Below are positions 41,379 through 52,122 of a stretch of 64,000 bases of DNA, piece after piece (positions within the stretch are counted from its first letter, which is position 1; the number at the start of each line of letters is the position of its first letter). Under the pieces are notes generated by a model. That model searched no databases. It was not told the DNA's origin and saw nothing but the letters and a program-made list of their open reading frames with translations. Origin of the DNA: a virus; the IMG/VR virus record IMGVR_UViG_3300029305_006397. One strand, written 5' to 3'. Position numbers and translations under genes: made by a program.

Positions 41379-41711
41379 TTATGTTATCTATTTCCCAACA
41401 TACTGTCATGCGTGGGTGGAATAAGAAGAGACGGGCGTTTTCGGTCGGCATAAACCGAAGTTTGGCATTTGAGGTCAAATGAGTTTGATGAATGCAATCC
41501 CGTGCTGCTATGCGGTATTTGCAGGAGAACAACAGGGGTTTGCGTATAACCACAAGGCAGCTAGGTACAATCCGAAAGAAAAACGGTTATAAAGGGCGTC
41601 CCGCCACCTATATCCCAAGTGTGGAACGATAAAGCAGGTGTTTCGCTGCCTATAAATGCGAAATTTAATCAGCTCCGTGTTGGATATTTTGACATGCGGA
41701 GCATTTTATAT

Positions 41712-41787
41712 GGCATCATAGCTCAGTCGGTAGAGCAGCTGGCTGTTAACCAGCAGGTCAAGAGTTCGAGCCTCTTCGGTGCCTCCA
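41712..41787 (+). tRNA. tRNA-Asn (anticodon GTT)
   Basis: Arm GCTGG-CTGTTAA-CCAGC, T-loop AGTTCGAGCCT, encoded CCA. Confidence 0.85.
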
Positions 41788-41908
41788 CGGGTAGATAAGA
41801 TAACAAAACGCGCCACTACCCCAAGGCAGATACATACGCATTCGAGAAGCGCAATGGCTGCGATCAAATTGGCAGATGTGTAGGCGGCAGACTTAACTGT
41901 CTTTATTT

Positions 41909-41985
41909 GCTGTCATAGCTACAATTGGCAGAGCGACGGATTTGTAATCCGTAGGTTCAGAGTTCGAGTCTCTGTGGCAGCTCCA
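41909..41985 (+). tRNA. tRNA-Thr (anticodon TGT), second copy
   Basis: Acceptor GCTGTCA/TGGCAGC, arm ACGGA-TTTGTAA-TCCGT, encoded CCA. Confidence 0.85.
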
Positions 41986-42019
41986 AACTGTAGCAGCTAC
42001 GAAAGGTTAGGAATTTAGA

Positions 42020-43357
42020 ATGGATTTTATGAATGAAATATCGAAAATTGGACTTACGAAAGATCAATATGATGAATGCCTTCAATTGATTATTGACAAG
42101 AAGAATAATGTAATCGATATTGATTGGCAGGAAATCTGTGATCGATTCAGCTTGCCGATCACAACTGATTATTTGAGGAAAGCAAATGCAGGCGTATTCG
42201 GCGGAGCTTTTATAGCTGAGTATTTAAAGACAAAAGAAACATGCCAGGTAGAAACAAAGTATAGTGGCAGCAGTGAAATTTCAATTAATAAAGACGGTAA
42301 TTATACGAGCACGAAACTTATTGAAATGAATGAAGAGCAATCTAAAGATCCCTCTTATATATTGAAAGCACATGGATTTGATCCCATATGTTGGCAGCTG
42401 ATTAGTGCAAGAAATAATATTCGACAGGTTATTTCAAAAGCAGATGGCGTAGTTACTTTATATGCCAGCTTCATTACAGTGAGGCCTATATCAGAAGTTG
42501 AATTGCCCCTTGAAAAAATTGAAGAGTTTTTTGATAAACTTGATCGGAATTATTCTCTTCCAAGATTACAGGAGAATCGAATTTATCTGAGTGGAGACAA
42601 AATGCTTCTGATCGATATCGCTGACTTGCACATGAACTTACAGGCTTCGATGTTTACTACCGGAAACGAATATAATTGCGAGATTGCAGAAAAATTATTT
42701 TTTCATGTTATCGAAGATGTTTTAAACCGCACAAAGAATTATAAATTTGAAGAAATCAATTTTATTATTGGCGGAGATATGCTTAATGGAGACAATCTGG
42801 CTGGGACAACTACAAAAGGTACAGCTCAGGTGAGTGATTTGCATTATTATGACGCATATGAAAAATTATGTGCAATGACAATTAAAGCAATTGATTTGTT
42901 GAAGAGAAAGTGCAGAGTAAACGTGATTTATGTAATGGGGAATCATGATGAGTTAACCGGGTTTAAACTGGCAAAATATATTGATGCTTGGTTTAGAGAT
43001 GATGACGGAGTGACTGTTGATTATCAGCCGTTTGCACGAAAGTATCGTTTGTATGGTAAAACGCTTTTATGTTTTGCTCATGATGGTAAGATTCAAAAAT
43101 TACCAGCTATTATAGCGGATGAAGCAAGAGATTTGTGGGGAAAAGCTACAATGACAGAAGTGTTTTTGCAGCACTTGCATACTGAACAGGTATTAATCGA
43201 AGATAATAACATTAGGATTCAGCGCTTGCCTACTATTAGCGGTAGAAGCAAATGGAGTGCTGATCAGGGATATAATTCCCGGCGTCAATGTAAATCCTTT
43301 ATTTTTGATGCCGAGGAAGGATTGAAAGATATTTTATATACGACGATCCCGGCATAA
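42020..43357 (+). CDS. calcineurin-like metallophosphoesterase domain protein (445 aa)
   Basis: Motifs DIADLH, GGDMLNGDN, VMGNHDE, FAHDG, LQHLH in canonical order. Confidence 0.65.
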   Translation: MDFMNEISKIGLTKDQYDECLQLIIDKKNNVIDIDWQEICDRFSLPITTDYLRKANAGVFGGAFIAEYLKTKETCQVETKYSGSSEISINKDGNYTSTKLIEMNEEQSKDPSYILKAHGFDPICWQLISARNNIRQVISKADGVVTLYASFITVRPISEVELPLEKIEEFFDKLDRNYSLPRLQENRIYLSGDKMLLIDIADLHMNLQASMFTTGNEYNCEIAEKLFFHVIEDVLNRTKNYKFEEINFIIGGDMLNGDNLAGTTTKGTAQVSDLHYYDAYEKLCAMTIKAIDLLKRKCRVNVIYVMGNHDELTGFKLAKYIDAWFRDDDGVTVDYQPFARKYRLYGKTLLCFAHDGKIQKLPAIIADEARDLWGKATMTEVFLQHLHTEQVLIEDNNIRIQRLPTISGRSKWSADQGYNSRRQCKSFIFDAEEGLKDILYTTIPA

Positions 43358-43374
43358 GAGGAAGGTGAAGAGCA

Positions 43375-44403
43375 ATGGCAAGTTCCGGCAATAAGCCATT
43401 GAGAAAAAAAGAGGCCATTGCTACGCCAGAAACAATGAATTGTTTGCGATGCAATAAGCCTTTTGATAGAGATATTTTTTATGATTCAGATAGTGAACAA
43501 TTTCAGTCCGTTGGCAAAATCCCTTATTGTAAGGAATGTCTGGATGAAATGCGCCGACAGAATGTAAAGAAGTATAAGAACTTAGGTTATCGTAATTATG
43601 AGCGTAAAGCAGTTGAGCGAGTTTGCATGATGCTTGATTTGTATTATGCCGATAAGATTTTTGATGCCGCAATTGGAGAAAAAGAGAAGTGTCCAGACAC
43701 ACCGTTTATGTCTTGCTACATGAAACATGTAAAGCTATACCAATATCGAAAAAAGGATTACAACTCTACAATTGCAGACAGATACAAAGAGGCAAAAGAT
43801 AGCATACCAATTATGTCGATGAACATGCTTGAAGATGAAAAGGTAGAAGAAGAACTTCGAAAAGCGGAACAGTTTTTTGGAAGTGGGTTTGAACCTGAAG
43901 ATTATAAGTTTCTTTATGATCAATATACGGACTGGACAACCAGGCATGAATGCGAAACAAAGTCTCAGGAAGAGATGTTTAAATCGATCTGCTTTACCCA
44001 GTTGGATTTGCTGAAAGCAAATCGAATGGGATTAGACACAAAGGATTTGAATTTTACTTTTTTGAAGCAGCTTGAAGCTGCAAAGCTGCAGCCCAAGCAA
44101 AATGCAAGCGAAACTGTGGCGGACACTCAAACATTTGGTACTTTAATTGATAAATGGGAAAACACCCGGCCCATACCAGAAATCGATGAAGAATTGCGGG
44201 ATGTTGACAAAATCGGCCTTTATATAGATGTATTTTTCAGGGGACATTTGGCAAAAATGATGGGCTTGAAAAATGGCCTATCTAATTTGTATACGAAGTT
44301 TATTGAAAAGTATACTGTAAAGAAGCCTGAATATAAAGATAATGAGGACGGAGAAGCCTTGTTTGATATGATTTTTGGAAGATCGGATTTGGGCGATAAT
44401 TAA
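43375..44403 (+). CDS. putative terminase small subunit (342 aa)
   Basis: Called by position, immediately upstream of and coupled (TAATG) to the large terminase. N-terminal CxxC...CxxC. Confidence 0.45.
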   Translation: MASSGNKPLRKKEAIATPETMNCLRCNKPFDRDIFYDSDSEQFQSVGKIPYCKECLDEMRRQNVKKYKNLGYRNYERKAVERVCMMLDLYYADKIFDAAIGEKEKCPDTPFMSCYMKHVKLYQYRKKDYNSTIADRYKEAKDSIPIMSMNMLEDEKVEEELRKAEQFFGSGFEPEDYKFLYDQYTDWTTRHECETKSQEEMFKSICFTQLDLLKANRMGLDTKDLNFTFLKQLEAAKLQPKQNASETVADTQTFGTLIDKWENTRPIPEIDEELRDVDKIGLYIDVFFRGHLAKMMGLKNGLSNLYTKFIEKYTVKKPEYKDNEDGEALFDMIFGRSDLGDN

Positions 44404-46196
44404 TGGCTGATGATTTAAGAAAAACAAAATCAGAAAGACAGATCGCAAATGAAAAATCGAGAAGGATATTAGAGGGTGTAGCATATTGGTGTTCATTTTA
44501 CAGGCATAATCCGCATCGTTTCGCAAAGGATTATTTGAACATCACTTTGAAATTATTTCAGAAAATATTACTATATGCGATGATGTGCAATACGCACTTT
44601 ATGTTTTGGGCAAGCCGTGGCTTGGGTAAAACCTGGCTAACGGCTTTGTTTTGTGTGGTTCGTTGCATTTTATTTCCCAAGACAAAAATATGCGTAGCAT
44701 CTTCTACTCGAACGCAAGCAAACGAAGTTCTATCAAAGATCGTTGACGATTTCATGAAGAACTATGATTGGGGATCGGAGAATTTACGGCGAGAAGCATC
44801 ATATTTCAATGTTGGTGCAAATAAGGCCGAGATACATTTTTATAATGGTTCATGGATCAAGGTTGTAACTGCTGGCGATACAGGACGCGGTAATCGCGCC
44901 AATATCTTGATCGTAGACGAATTTAGAATGGTTGATAAAGACACTATTGATACTGTTCTTAAAAAATTTCTTACATCATCAAGGCAACCTGCTTATTTGA
45001 ACTTACCATCTTATAAAGATAAAGATGAATACATGGAGAGTAATATTGAGATTTACATGAGTTCATGCTGGTATAAGAGCCATTGGAGTTATAGCAAATC
45101 TCAGGCGTATACAGTGAATTTACTTGGAGCCAGAGATAGATACTTTGTTTGCGCCCTCCCCTATCAGATTGCAATTAAAGAAATGCTTCTGAAACGATCC
45201 GATGTAGAAGATGAAATGAGCGAAACCGATTTTGATGAAACGAAGTTTAATATGGAAATGGGATGTTTGCCATTTGGAGATACAGATGGCGCATTTTTTA
45301 CCTATGACGATGTTTCGCAAAGACGTAGATTAAAAACGGCTGTATATCCCACGACTTTGGTTGGCAATAGCAGAAATTTGAAGATTCCTGAAGTTGCGAC
45401 CAATGAACGCAGAATACTGTCTGTTGACGTTGCACTGATGGCGTCAAAGAAAACGAAAAATGACGCCAGCAGCATTATTATAAATAGCGCAATTCCGACA
45501 AATAATAATAGTTACACATCAAATATTGTTTATTTGGAAAATCACGAAGGATTAAATACGGATGAACTTGCTTTGATCGTGAGACGATTATTTGAAATGT
45601 ACAAATGTACAGATTTGGTTATAGATACTAATGGTTCCGGCCTTGGAGTTTACGACAAATTGATTCAAGACATGGTTGATCCGGCAACTGGAGAACTTTA
45701 TCGAGCTCTGAGTTGTTGTAATGATAAAGTAATGGCCGAAAGATGCAAAGTGCCAAATGCAAAGAAAGTAATTTGGAGCATAAAGGCTACAGCTTCATTT
45801 AATAATGAGATTTGTATTCTGTTGAGAAGCGGATTCAAAATGGGAAAGATCAATCTTCTTATTCGAGAGGACGAGGCCGACGAAGCTTTACGCGAAAGGA
45901 TCAAGGGGTTTGAACGTATGCCTGATTATGAAAAAATGCAATACAGGTTGCCATATATTCAAACAACTTTATTAATCTACGAACTAATCAACTTGGATCA
46001 TGAGGTAAAGGGAACGAACATACGAATAACCGAGAAATCAGGAATGCGTAAGGATAGGTATAGCTCTTTGGCATATAATTATTGGGTTCAGTGTCAGCTG
46101 GAAAGAGAACTTCTGCAGACAAGTAAAAATGGGTTTGATATTAAGGAATATGCCAATAAAATGCGTAGACTGAACAGAAGACCCACTACATATTGA
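44403..46196 (+). CDS. terL: terminase large subunit
   Basis: 597 aa. Walker A ASRGLGKTW, Walker B ILIVDEF, C-terminal nuclease-sized domain. Followed by a portal-sized gene. Confidence 0.8.
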   Translation: MADDLRKTKSERQIANEKSRRILEGVAYWCSFYRHNPHRFAKDYLNITLKLFQKILLYAMMCNTHFMFWASRGLGKTWLTALFCVVRCILFPKTKICVASSTRTQANEVLSKIVDDFMKNYDWGSENLRREASYFNVGANKAEIHFYNGSWIKVVTAGDTGRGNRANILIVDEFRMVDKDTIDTVLKKFLTSSRQPAYLNLPSYKDKDEYMESNIEIYMSSCWYKSHWSYSKSQAYTVNLLGARDRYFVCALPYQIAIKEMLLKRSDVEDEMSETDFDETKFNMEMGCLPFGDTDGAFFTYDDVSQRRRLKTAVYPTTLVGNSRNLKIPEVATNERRILSVDVALMASKKTKNDASSIIINSAIPTNNNSYTSNIVYLENHEGLNTDELALIVRRLFEMYKCTDLVIDTNGSGLGVYDKLIQDMVDPATGELYRALSCCNDKVMAERCKVPNAKKVIWSIKATASFNNEICILLRSGFKMGKINLLIREDEADEALRERIKGFERMPDYEKMQYRLPYIQTTLLIYELINLDHEVKGTNIRITEKSGMRKDRYSSLAYNYWVQCQLERELLQTSKNGFDIKEYANKMRRLNRRPTTY

Positions 46197-46215
46197 TGAT
46201 AAGGAGGTGAAATGC

Positions 46216-47796
46216 ATGAGTAAAAAACGAAATAGAAATCGACATTCATATACTAGACAGCCTAAAGAAACATATGTGGAAGCTTATAAAAAGCGCGATT
46301 ACCAAAAAGACGAAGCTTCATTTGAAAGAGCTCTTTCAGATGGCGGGAGATTAGATTTAGGAGCTTTTAAAAGGTTGATGCTCAGAGATATTTGCACGAA
46401 CACAAGTATTATTGAAAGTGGTTATTTGGGCAGAATACCTTTAAAGGAAGCCTGCAAAGCATTGAATAATCCAAGGAGAGAATGGCGCATTCTGCTTGAA
46501 GTTTCAGAGGAGCTTATGCATATTTCGCCTCATTATTATCGATTAAATACTATGTACAGCAATATGGCGTTATTCTGTTGGTGGATTGATTTATATGATG
46601 TGAAAGAAAATGCTCAGGTTGATACGATCAAGAAAACGTATGCGGCGCTATCTGCTAGAATTGAAAACATGCATTTAAAGCACGAGTTTTCAAAAATTAT
46701 GAGGGTATTACCCTATCAAGATATATATTGTGGTCTAGCTATTGAGAGTTCAACGGACTTTTTCTTTCAGAGAATAGACTATCGGATTTGTAAATTATAT
46801 CAGATTCAAGACGGACTATATAATTTCAAAATAGATTTGACAAAAATTAAGCCAAAGGAACTTGGAGCTTATCCTGATTATGTACAGCAAGCATACATTG
46901 AATATCATGATAAGATGGAAAAGGGGCTGCTTACTTCGTGTTGGTATAGCCCTCCTGCTGAAAGCCAGATTTGCGTAAAGCTTAACGATCAGTGGCCTTT
47001 CCCGTTTCCTCTTATGATTTCGTTGGTGCAGGACATTCTTGATTTAGAAATATATAAAAAGTTAAAGCTTCAATCTGCGAGAACTGATAATTATAAAGCA
47101 ATTATGGTTAAGGTTCCGATTGATGAAACTACGATTGATAAGCCGCTGTTAACGCCAGAAACTTTAAGTATTTTTGCAGAGATCAATAGAGAAAGTATGA
47201 CAGACGACATCGGTTTGTTGTACAATCTCGGCTCCGAAGGAGAGGCAATCAGCTTTAAGGATTCCAATAATACCAGGAATAATGTTTCTGATGCCGTAAA
47301 TGAGCTTTATAATTCTTCTGGCGAAAGCAGAGAATTATTTAACGGAAGCTCTTCTGGTACGGCAGTAACATATTCAGTAGAAAATGATTCTGGTTTTGTA
47401 TATGGGTTGTATCGTCAATTTGAAAGGTGGATCAATCGATATATCAAGTTAAAGAAGTATAATAAGACTGCTTTCAAATTCTATTTTTACTTATTGGATA
47501 TTACAATATTCAACAGAGACAACGTTTCAAAAAGATATAAAGAAGCATGCTCTCTGGGCGTAACTGTAATTGATAAATGGTTAGCTACGCTTGATATGAC
47601 TCCATCAAGAATGATGGGGTCTTATATTTTGCATGAAGATATTTTCGATTTTTCAAGTCATTTTAAGCCGTTAAGTTCTTCTTTTAATAGTTCTGCAGAA
47701 GATACTTCTTCGGGCAGGCCAACAAATGAAGAAAAGGGCAAACAATTGACAGAAGAAGGCGAAAAAACCAAAGACAATGAGAAAAACGATAGATAG
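46216..47796 (+). CDS. putative portal protein (526 aa)
   Basis: Called by position after terL and by size. ATG sits 8 nt after AAGGAGG. Confidence 0.6.
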   Translation: MSKKRNRNRHSYTRQPKETYVEAYKKRDYQKDEASFERALSDGGRLDLGAFKRLMLRDICTNTSIIESGYLGRIPLKEACKALNNPRREWRILLEVSEELMHISPHYYRLNTMYSNMALFCWWIDLYDVKENAQVDTIKKTYAALSARIENMHLKHEFSKIMRVLPYQDIYCGLAIESSTDFFFQRIDYRICKLYQIQDGLYNFKIDLTKIKPKELGAYPDYVQQAYIEYHDKMEKGLLTSCWYSPPAESQICVKLNDQWPFPFPLMISLVQDILDLEIYKKLKLQSARTDNYKAIMVKVPIDETTIDKPLLTPETLSIFAEINRESMTDDIGLLYNLGSEGEAISFKDSNNTRNNVSDAVNELYNSSGESRELFNGSSSGTAVTYSVENDSGFVYGLYRQFERWINRYIKLKKYNKTAFKFYFYLLDITIFNRDNVSKRYKEACSLGVTVIDKWLATLDMTPSRMMGSYILHEDIFDFSSHFKPLSSSFNSSAEDTSSGRPTNEEKGKQLTEEGEKTKDNEKNDR

Positions 47797-47807
47797 GAAG
47801 TGGAATT

Positions 47808-49295
47808 ATGCCAGAAATAAACATTCAACAGTCTGCATTATCCTTTCCCGTGTTTTTCGAAAAAAAAGAGGAATATACACTGGAAGATAGCAGATTCACA
47901 AAAGTGAAAATATGGCTTATGCACTTGGGAAAAAACAAAAATAATAGTGTTTTTGAAAAAGATGTAGTAGATGCAGCTATTGACACTTTGGAATATATAC
48001 CTATCGTTGGCTTTATTGAAAAGAACAACGAAGGAGAAAACGATTTTTCAGATCACAGATATATTATCACGAAAGATAAAAAGGGCGTTAGAAGAAAATA
48101 TTTGGGCAGCGCCTATGGTGTGATTTTATCTTCGGAAGATAATAACGCTCATTATGAGGATCGCATATGCGATGACGGAGAAACAAGGACATTCCTTGTT
48201 GTTGACGGCGTGATTTGGAATATGTTTGAAGATAGTGCTGAAATCATGGATAGAGACTTAATCAAGCCTCATTCTATGGAATTAAAGCAGGATACTCTGG
48301 ATTCATACGACGGCTACGAAGATGAAGAAGGAGCATTTCATTTTACGAAGTTCTCTTTTAGGGCCGCTTGTATTTTAGGAGAAAATAAAGAGCCTGCAAT
48401 GATCAACAGCACAGTTGAAGTTCAATTCACAATGACAGATTTTGTAAAGGATCTTCAGGCTGAATTAAACGATAAATATACTGCTTTCACCAAACTGGTG
48501 AATGAGAAATCTAATCAAGGAGGTATAGAAATTATGCCAAATACCAATTTTTCCCAGACGGTACTTGAGCAGTTTTCCGACATCTCCGCAATTGTAAGTC
48601 AATATGAAAGCGTTTCTGACAGATGGGGCAATGCAGTTCCCCGTTTTTATTTGTCAGATATTCAGGAGAATGAAGCAATTGTTGTCGATAGAAAAAATAA
48701 CTATCGATACTATGGTTTGTCATTCACCCTTAATGGCGACAAGCCTGAAATTGACTTTGCAAGTGCTGTGAGAAAGAAGCTGCAGTACGCAAATTACGAG
48801 GAAGGTTCCGATGCACCTGAAGGTTTTGATTTTGGTAAGCATATTGAAGAAATCGAAACTGTTGCTTACGAAAAAGTTGAAGAAGCAGCTGCCAACATCG
48901 CAACCGCAGAAGAAGCAAAAAATAGGGCAGAAGCCGAGTATACCGCAATGAAGGCAGATTATGATGATATGAAACCTAAGTATGACAAGTATGTCAAAGC
49001 AGATGAGGAGCGTCAGGAAGAAGAGCTGAAGGCTCAAAAGGACGCCGTTTTTGCAAAATTCGAAACCAAGCTTGGAGAACTTGCTGAGTTTACCGAACTT
49101 AAGTCTCATAAGGAAGAACTTTCTGTTGAAGACATTGAGAATAAGTGCTCTGTGCTGTACGTTAAGGCCGATCTGGCAGCAAATGCTAATTTTACCAAGC
49201 AGAAGCCTGCGGCAATTGTAGACGTAATGAATTTGGATGCGGATTCTGATCTTTATGTAGATACTATTTATGGTCGCATCCCAGTGAAGCGTTAA
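47808..49295 (+). CDS. putative prohead protease/scaffolding protein (495 aa)
   Basis: Lies between portal and capsid genes. C-terminal charged coiled-coil (AEEAKNRAEAEY...EERQEEELKAQKD). Confidence 0.5.
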   Translation: MPEINIQQSALSFPVFFEKKEEYTLEDSRFTKVKIWLMHLGKNKNNSVFEKDVVDAAIDTLEYIPIVGFIEKNNEGENDFSDHRYIITKDKKGVRRKYLGSAYGVILSSEDNNAHYEDRICDDGETRTFLVVDGVIWNMFEDSAEIMDRDLIKPHSMELKQDTLDSYDGYEDEEGAFHFTKFSFRAACILGENKEPAMINSTVEVQFTMTDFVKDLQAELNDKYTAFTKLVNEKSNQGGIEIMPNTNFSQTVLEQFSDISAIVSQYESVSDRWGNAVPRFYLSDIQENEAIVVDRKNNYRYYGLSFTLNGDKPEIDFASAVRKKLQYANYEEGSDAPEGFDFGKHIEEIETVAYEKVEEAAANIATAEEAKNRAEAEYTAMKADYDDMKPKYDKYVKADEERQEEELKAQKDAVFAKFETKLGELAEFTELKSHKEELSVEDIENKCSVLYVKADLAANANFTKQKPAAIVDVMNLDADSDLYVDTIYGRIPVKR

Positions 49296-49315
49296 TTAAT
49301 TAAACGATCCTAGCA

Positions 49316-49341
49316 ACCGCCAGCTCGGCGGTTTTTATTTT
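49316..49341 (+). terminator. hairpin plus T-run immediately before a highly expressed head gene
   Basis: ACCGCC-AGCTC-GGCGGT followed by TTTTTATTTT. Confidence 0.5.
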
Positions 49342-49356
49342 AAGGAGGAAAATACT

Positions 49357-49899
49357 ATGGCAATTTATACTGTATTCGAGTCTGTCAATATGGGCTCTAC
49401 CCATTTTGCAGAAAGAATTTTTGATGCCGTTTGCGAAAACAATGTAGAAAACGGTACTTTTGGTTATCTTGATGGTCTGGCTGATGGTTATAGCCATATT
49501 TATAAGTTTGTTCCTGGCTTTAAGGCTGGTAAGAAGGTTGTAGTTGTGGATCACCCTGCATGGAATCCCGATACCTGCCGCATTACCAATCAGCGCAGAG
49601 ACCAGTTCATTAACGAAGCAGGCGTTCCTTTCCGTGTTCGTGTTGTAAAGGTTAATGATGAATTTGGCATTACCGCCGAAGGTTTTACTGCCGAGACTCG
49701 CGAAGCTGCAGATGCAGATAAATATCTGTCTATTGATGCTTCCGGTAAGCTGGCAGTTGCAGATGCTGCAAGCGAAGATGCAGTTATGAACGCAAAGATT
49801 GAGCGTAAGCGCATGACTGGCGCTGCCATTCATACTGCAATTCGTGATTATGGCCGCACCTGCGTGATTTACGAAGCTAAAGTTGAATCTTTGGCTTAA
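49357..49899 (+). CDS. putative head decoration/auxiliary capsid protein (180 aa)
   Basis: Directly upstream of the major capsid gene. Codon usage shifts to CTG/CGT/GGT as in the capsid gene. Strong SD. Confidence 0.5.
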   Translation: MAIYTVFESVNMGSTHFAERIFDAVCENNVENGTFGYLDGLADGYSHIYKFVPGFKAGKKVVVVDHPAWNPDTCRITNQRRDQFINEAGVPFRVRVVKVNDEFGITAEGFTAETREAADADKYLSIDASGKLAVADAASEDAVMNAKIERKRMTGAAIHTAIRDYGRTCVIYEAKVESLA

Positions 49900-49921
49900 T
49901 TTGGGATAGGAGGACGAGATT

Positions 49922-50956
49922 ATGCCTAGAGTAAATTTTAGCACTGAAGATATGAGCACTTTTGAACTCGCCCGCGATTTGATGCGTGGCGATTTTTCTA
50001 TGCATGTAGATAAGGAAAAGATTACTCGTAAAGACCTGGAAAATTATCTGCGTGACAAGATTAATAACGATGTCCTGAAGGGAGCAACCCTGTTCCAGGC
50101 TTATCGTCGCAATAATGTGGTTCTTTTTGAAATTATCGAAGAAATTGTGAATGTTACCATCGGCGAAGATGTTCTGACTTCTCCTTTTATCGATTCTTTC
50201 GTAGAAGTAAAGAATCGTCAGCTTGGAGATCAGACCGCATTCTATCATGAAGGCGGCCTTCTGTCCGTTGCTTCTTTTGCAGGCAACCATTGGGATACCA
50301 ATCGTCAGAGCATTGATCTGGGTGAAGAGTTTACCCTGCCGAAGGAATGGATTTTCATTCATGTATATGACGAACTGGAACGCTTCCTGCTCGGTATCGT
50401 TTCTCTTGAGAGACTGCTCGACAAGGTATATAAGAGCATTAATAAGTACATCCAGGATCGCCTGTATGTTCAGTTCCAGAATGTTGCACAGAGCGTACCT
50501 GCCGATTTTACCATGTCTGGCAACAGCGAAGAAGCCGTTGGTCTGCTGTGTGATAAAGTGCAGGCAGCTGGTGGATATGCTGGCCTGACAATTGCTGGCA
50601 CTAAGGCTGCTCTGCGTAAGCTGGCTGGCATTGTTCCCGATAAGATGTTTGCTGAATCTCAGAAGGAAGCAAAAGCAAATACTGGTTCTATCGGCGAATG
50701 GGAAGGCAACAAGCTGATGGTTATTCCTCAGACTATGAAGGCTAATACCTTTGAGCTGGCTCTGGACGACAATATGCTGTTTATTATGGGCGGCGACGTT
50801 AAGCCTATCAAGCTTGAGTTCATTGGTGATACCCGCAGCGATATGGATACCACTGGTAAGAAGTATAACGATATGACCATGGACTTCCAGATTCAGACTT
50901 GCATGGGCCTGGGTATGGTTATGCCCCAGTATTTCGGCGTATTTAATTTTGCATAA
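49922..50956 (+). CDS. putative major capsid protein (344 aa)
   Basis: Position in the head module, size like lambda-E-type capsid proteins, strongly optimized codon usage, AGGAGGA SD. Confidence 0.65.
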   Translation: MPRVNFSTEDMSTFELARDLMRGDFSMHVDKEKITRKDLENYLRDKINNDVLKGATLFQAYRRNNVVLFEIIEEIVNVTIGEDVLTSPFIDSFVEVKNRQLGDQTAFYHEGGLLSVASFAGNHWDTNRQSIDLGEEFTLPKEWIFIHVYDELERFLLGIVSLERLLDKVYKSINKYIQDRLYVQFQNVAQSVPADFTMSGNSEEAVGLLCDKVQAAGGYAGLTIAGTKAALRKLAGIVPDKMFAESQKEAKANTGSIGEWEGNKLMVIPQTMKANTFELALDDNMLFIMGGDVKPIKLEFIGDTRSDMDTTGKKYNDMTMDFQIQTCMGLGMVMPQYFGVFNFA

Positions 50957-51002
50957 GAGTTAGCCTCGACTAACACAGATATATGAAAGGTGGATTTTAG
51001 TT

Positions 51003-51596
51003 ATGGGAAGACCTGCTAAAAATACCGCTGAAGAAGTTGCTGCGGTTTCAACCGCAGCAACTATCGATAATGCGGAAAATATGGAAATGAAAGAAAATAA
51101 TGTGGCTCCGGCCAAAGAAGCGAAAGCGGCTGCTACTTCTAAAGTAGTAGAGCCTTTAAATGATGCAGATGAAATTGAAGTAGTTTCTTTGATTCCTAAT
51201 GTAAGTTACAAAGATAATCGAAGTGGAGATTTCTATCAGTGGGACGAGGTTGGCCATACTGAATATATGACTTTTGAAACCCTGAAGAACATGTGGCGTA
51301 ATTGTAAGGGTTATTTCCGTAATATGTGGTTAAAGCCTATGGATAACCGTGTTATTAGTAAATTTGGCCTGACAAGCGTATTTGAAAAATACGAGTTCCT
51401 GATGGAAGCAAAGAATTATACCAGAGCCAATATCAGCAAAATTTGCGAGAATATTTCTGCTACACCCAATGGCATGAAGCAGTCTATTTGCAAGAAGATC
51501 AAAGATTTGATTGTTAATGGAGAACTTGCTGATGTTATGGTAATTCGCGCACTTGAGAATCATTTGAAGCTGGACTTGATTTCGCTTTTAAAGTAA
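51003..51596 (+). CDS. hypothetical head-module protein (197 aa)
   Basis: Track ORF. AAAGGTGGA SD. Confidence 0.55.
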   Translation: MGRPAKNTAEEVAAVSTAATIDNAENMEMKENNVAPAKEAKAAATSKVVEPLNDADEIEVVSLIPNVSYKDNRSGDFYQWDEVGHTEYMTFETLKNMWRNCKGYFRNMWLKPMDNRVISKFGLTSVFEKYEFLMEAKNYTRANISKICENISATPNGMKQSICKKIKDLIVNGELADVMVIRALENHLKLDLISLLK

Positions 51597-51617
51597 GTGA
51601 ACGTGGAAGGAGTAGGT

Positions 51618-52100
51618 ATGATGCATACTCCATATGAAAAACTATATGAAAATCTTTTGCCCAAGTTTATTAGCTTCAAAATACCTATGATGGACGTAGA
51701 TGAGGTAAAAGATTATCTACATGATTATTTGATTCCTGCGATTTCCAGATTTCATGTTTGTAGAAAAGACTTGAGTGATCGAAATGACATTTTGCAGAGG
51801 TTTAATGTAGAACTTAATTCGGCTGAAATAGAAATACTGAGTAATTATATGTTATTGGAGTATATCGACTCTACATATGTTAGAACTCCTACTTTATTAC
51901 AGGTTAATTTACCTTCAACCGACTTTCATGCTTTTAGTCCCGGAAATTTTTTAGGTGAGCTAATGGCAATGCATAAAACCTATAAAGCTGAAAATGAAAC
52001 TTTGATTTCGAGGTATGCCTGGATGGGCGAAAAAACAAACAAAACGCTTTCCGGAGGAACGGGATATAAAAAATCAAAAATGTTTTACGGTGATTATTAA
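51618..52100 (+). CDS. hypothetical head-tail connector candidate (160 aa)
   Basis: ATG follows GGAAGGAG (track start GTG 51597). Confidence 0.5.
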   Translation: MMHTPYEKLYENLLPKFISFKIPMMDVDEVKDYLHDYLIPAISRFHVCRKDLSDRNDILQRFNVELNSAEIEILSNYMLLEYIDSTYVRTPTLLQVNLPSTDFHAFSPGNFLGELMAMHKTYKAENETLISRYAWMGEKTNKTLSGGTGYKKSKMFYGDY

Positions 52101-52122
52101 TGAATAGAAAGGAGGCATTGCG

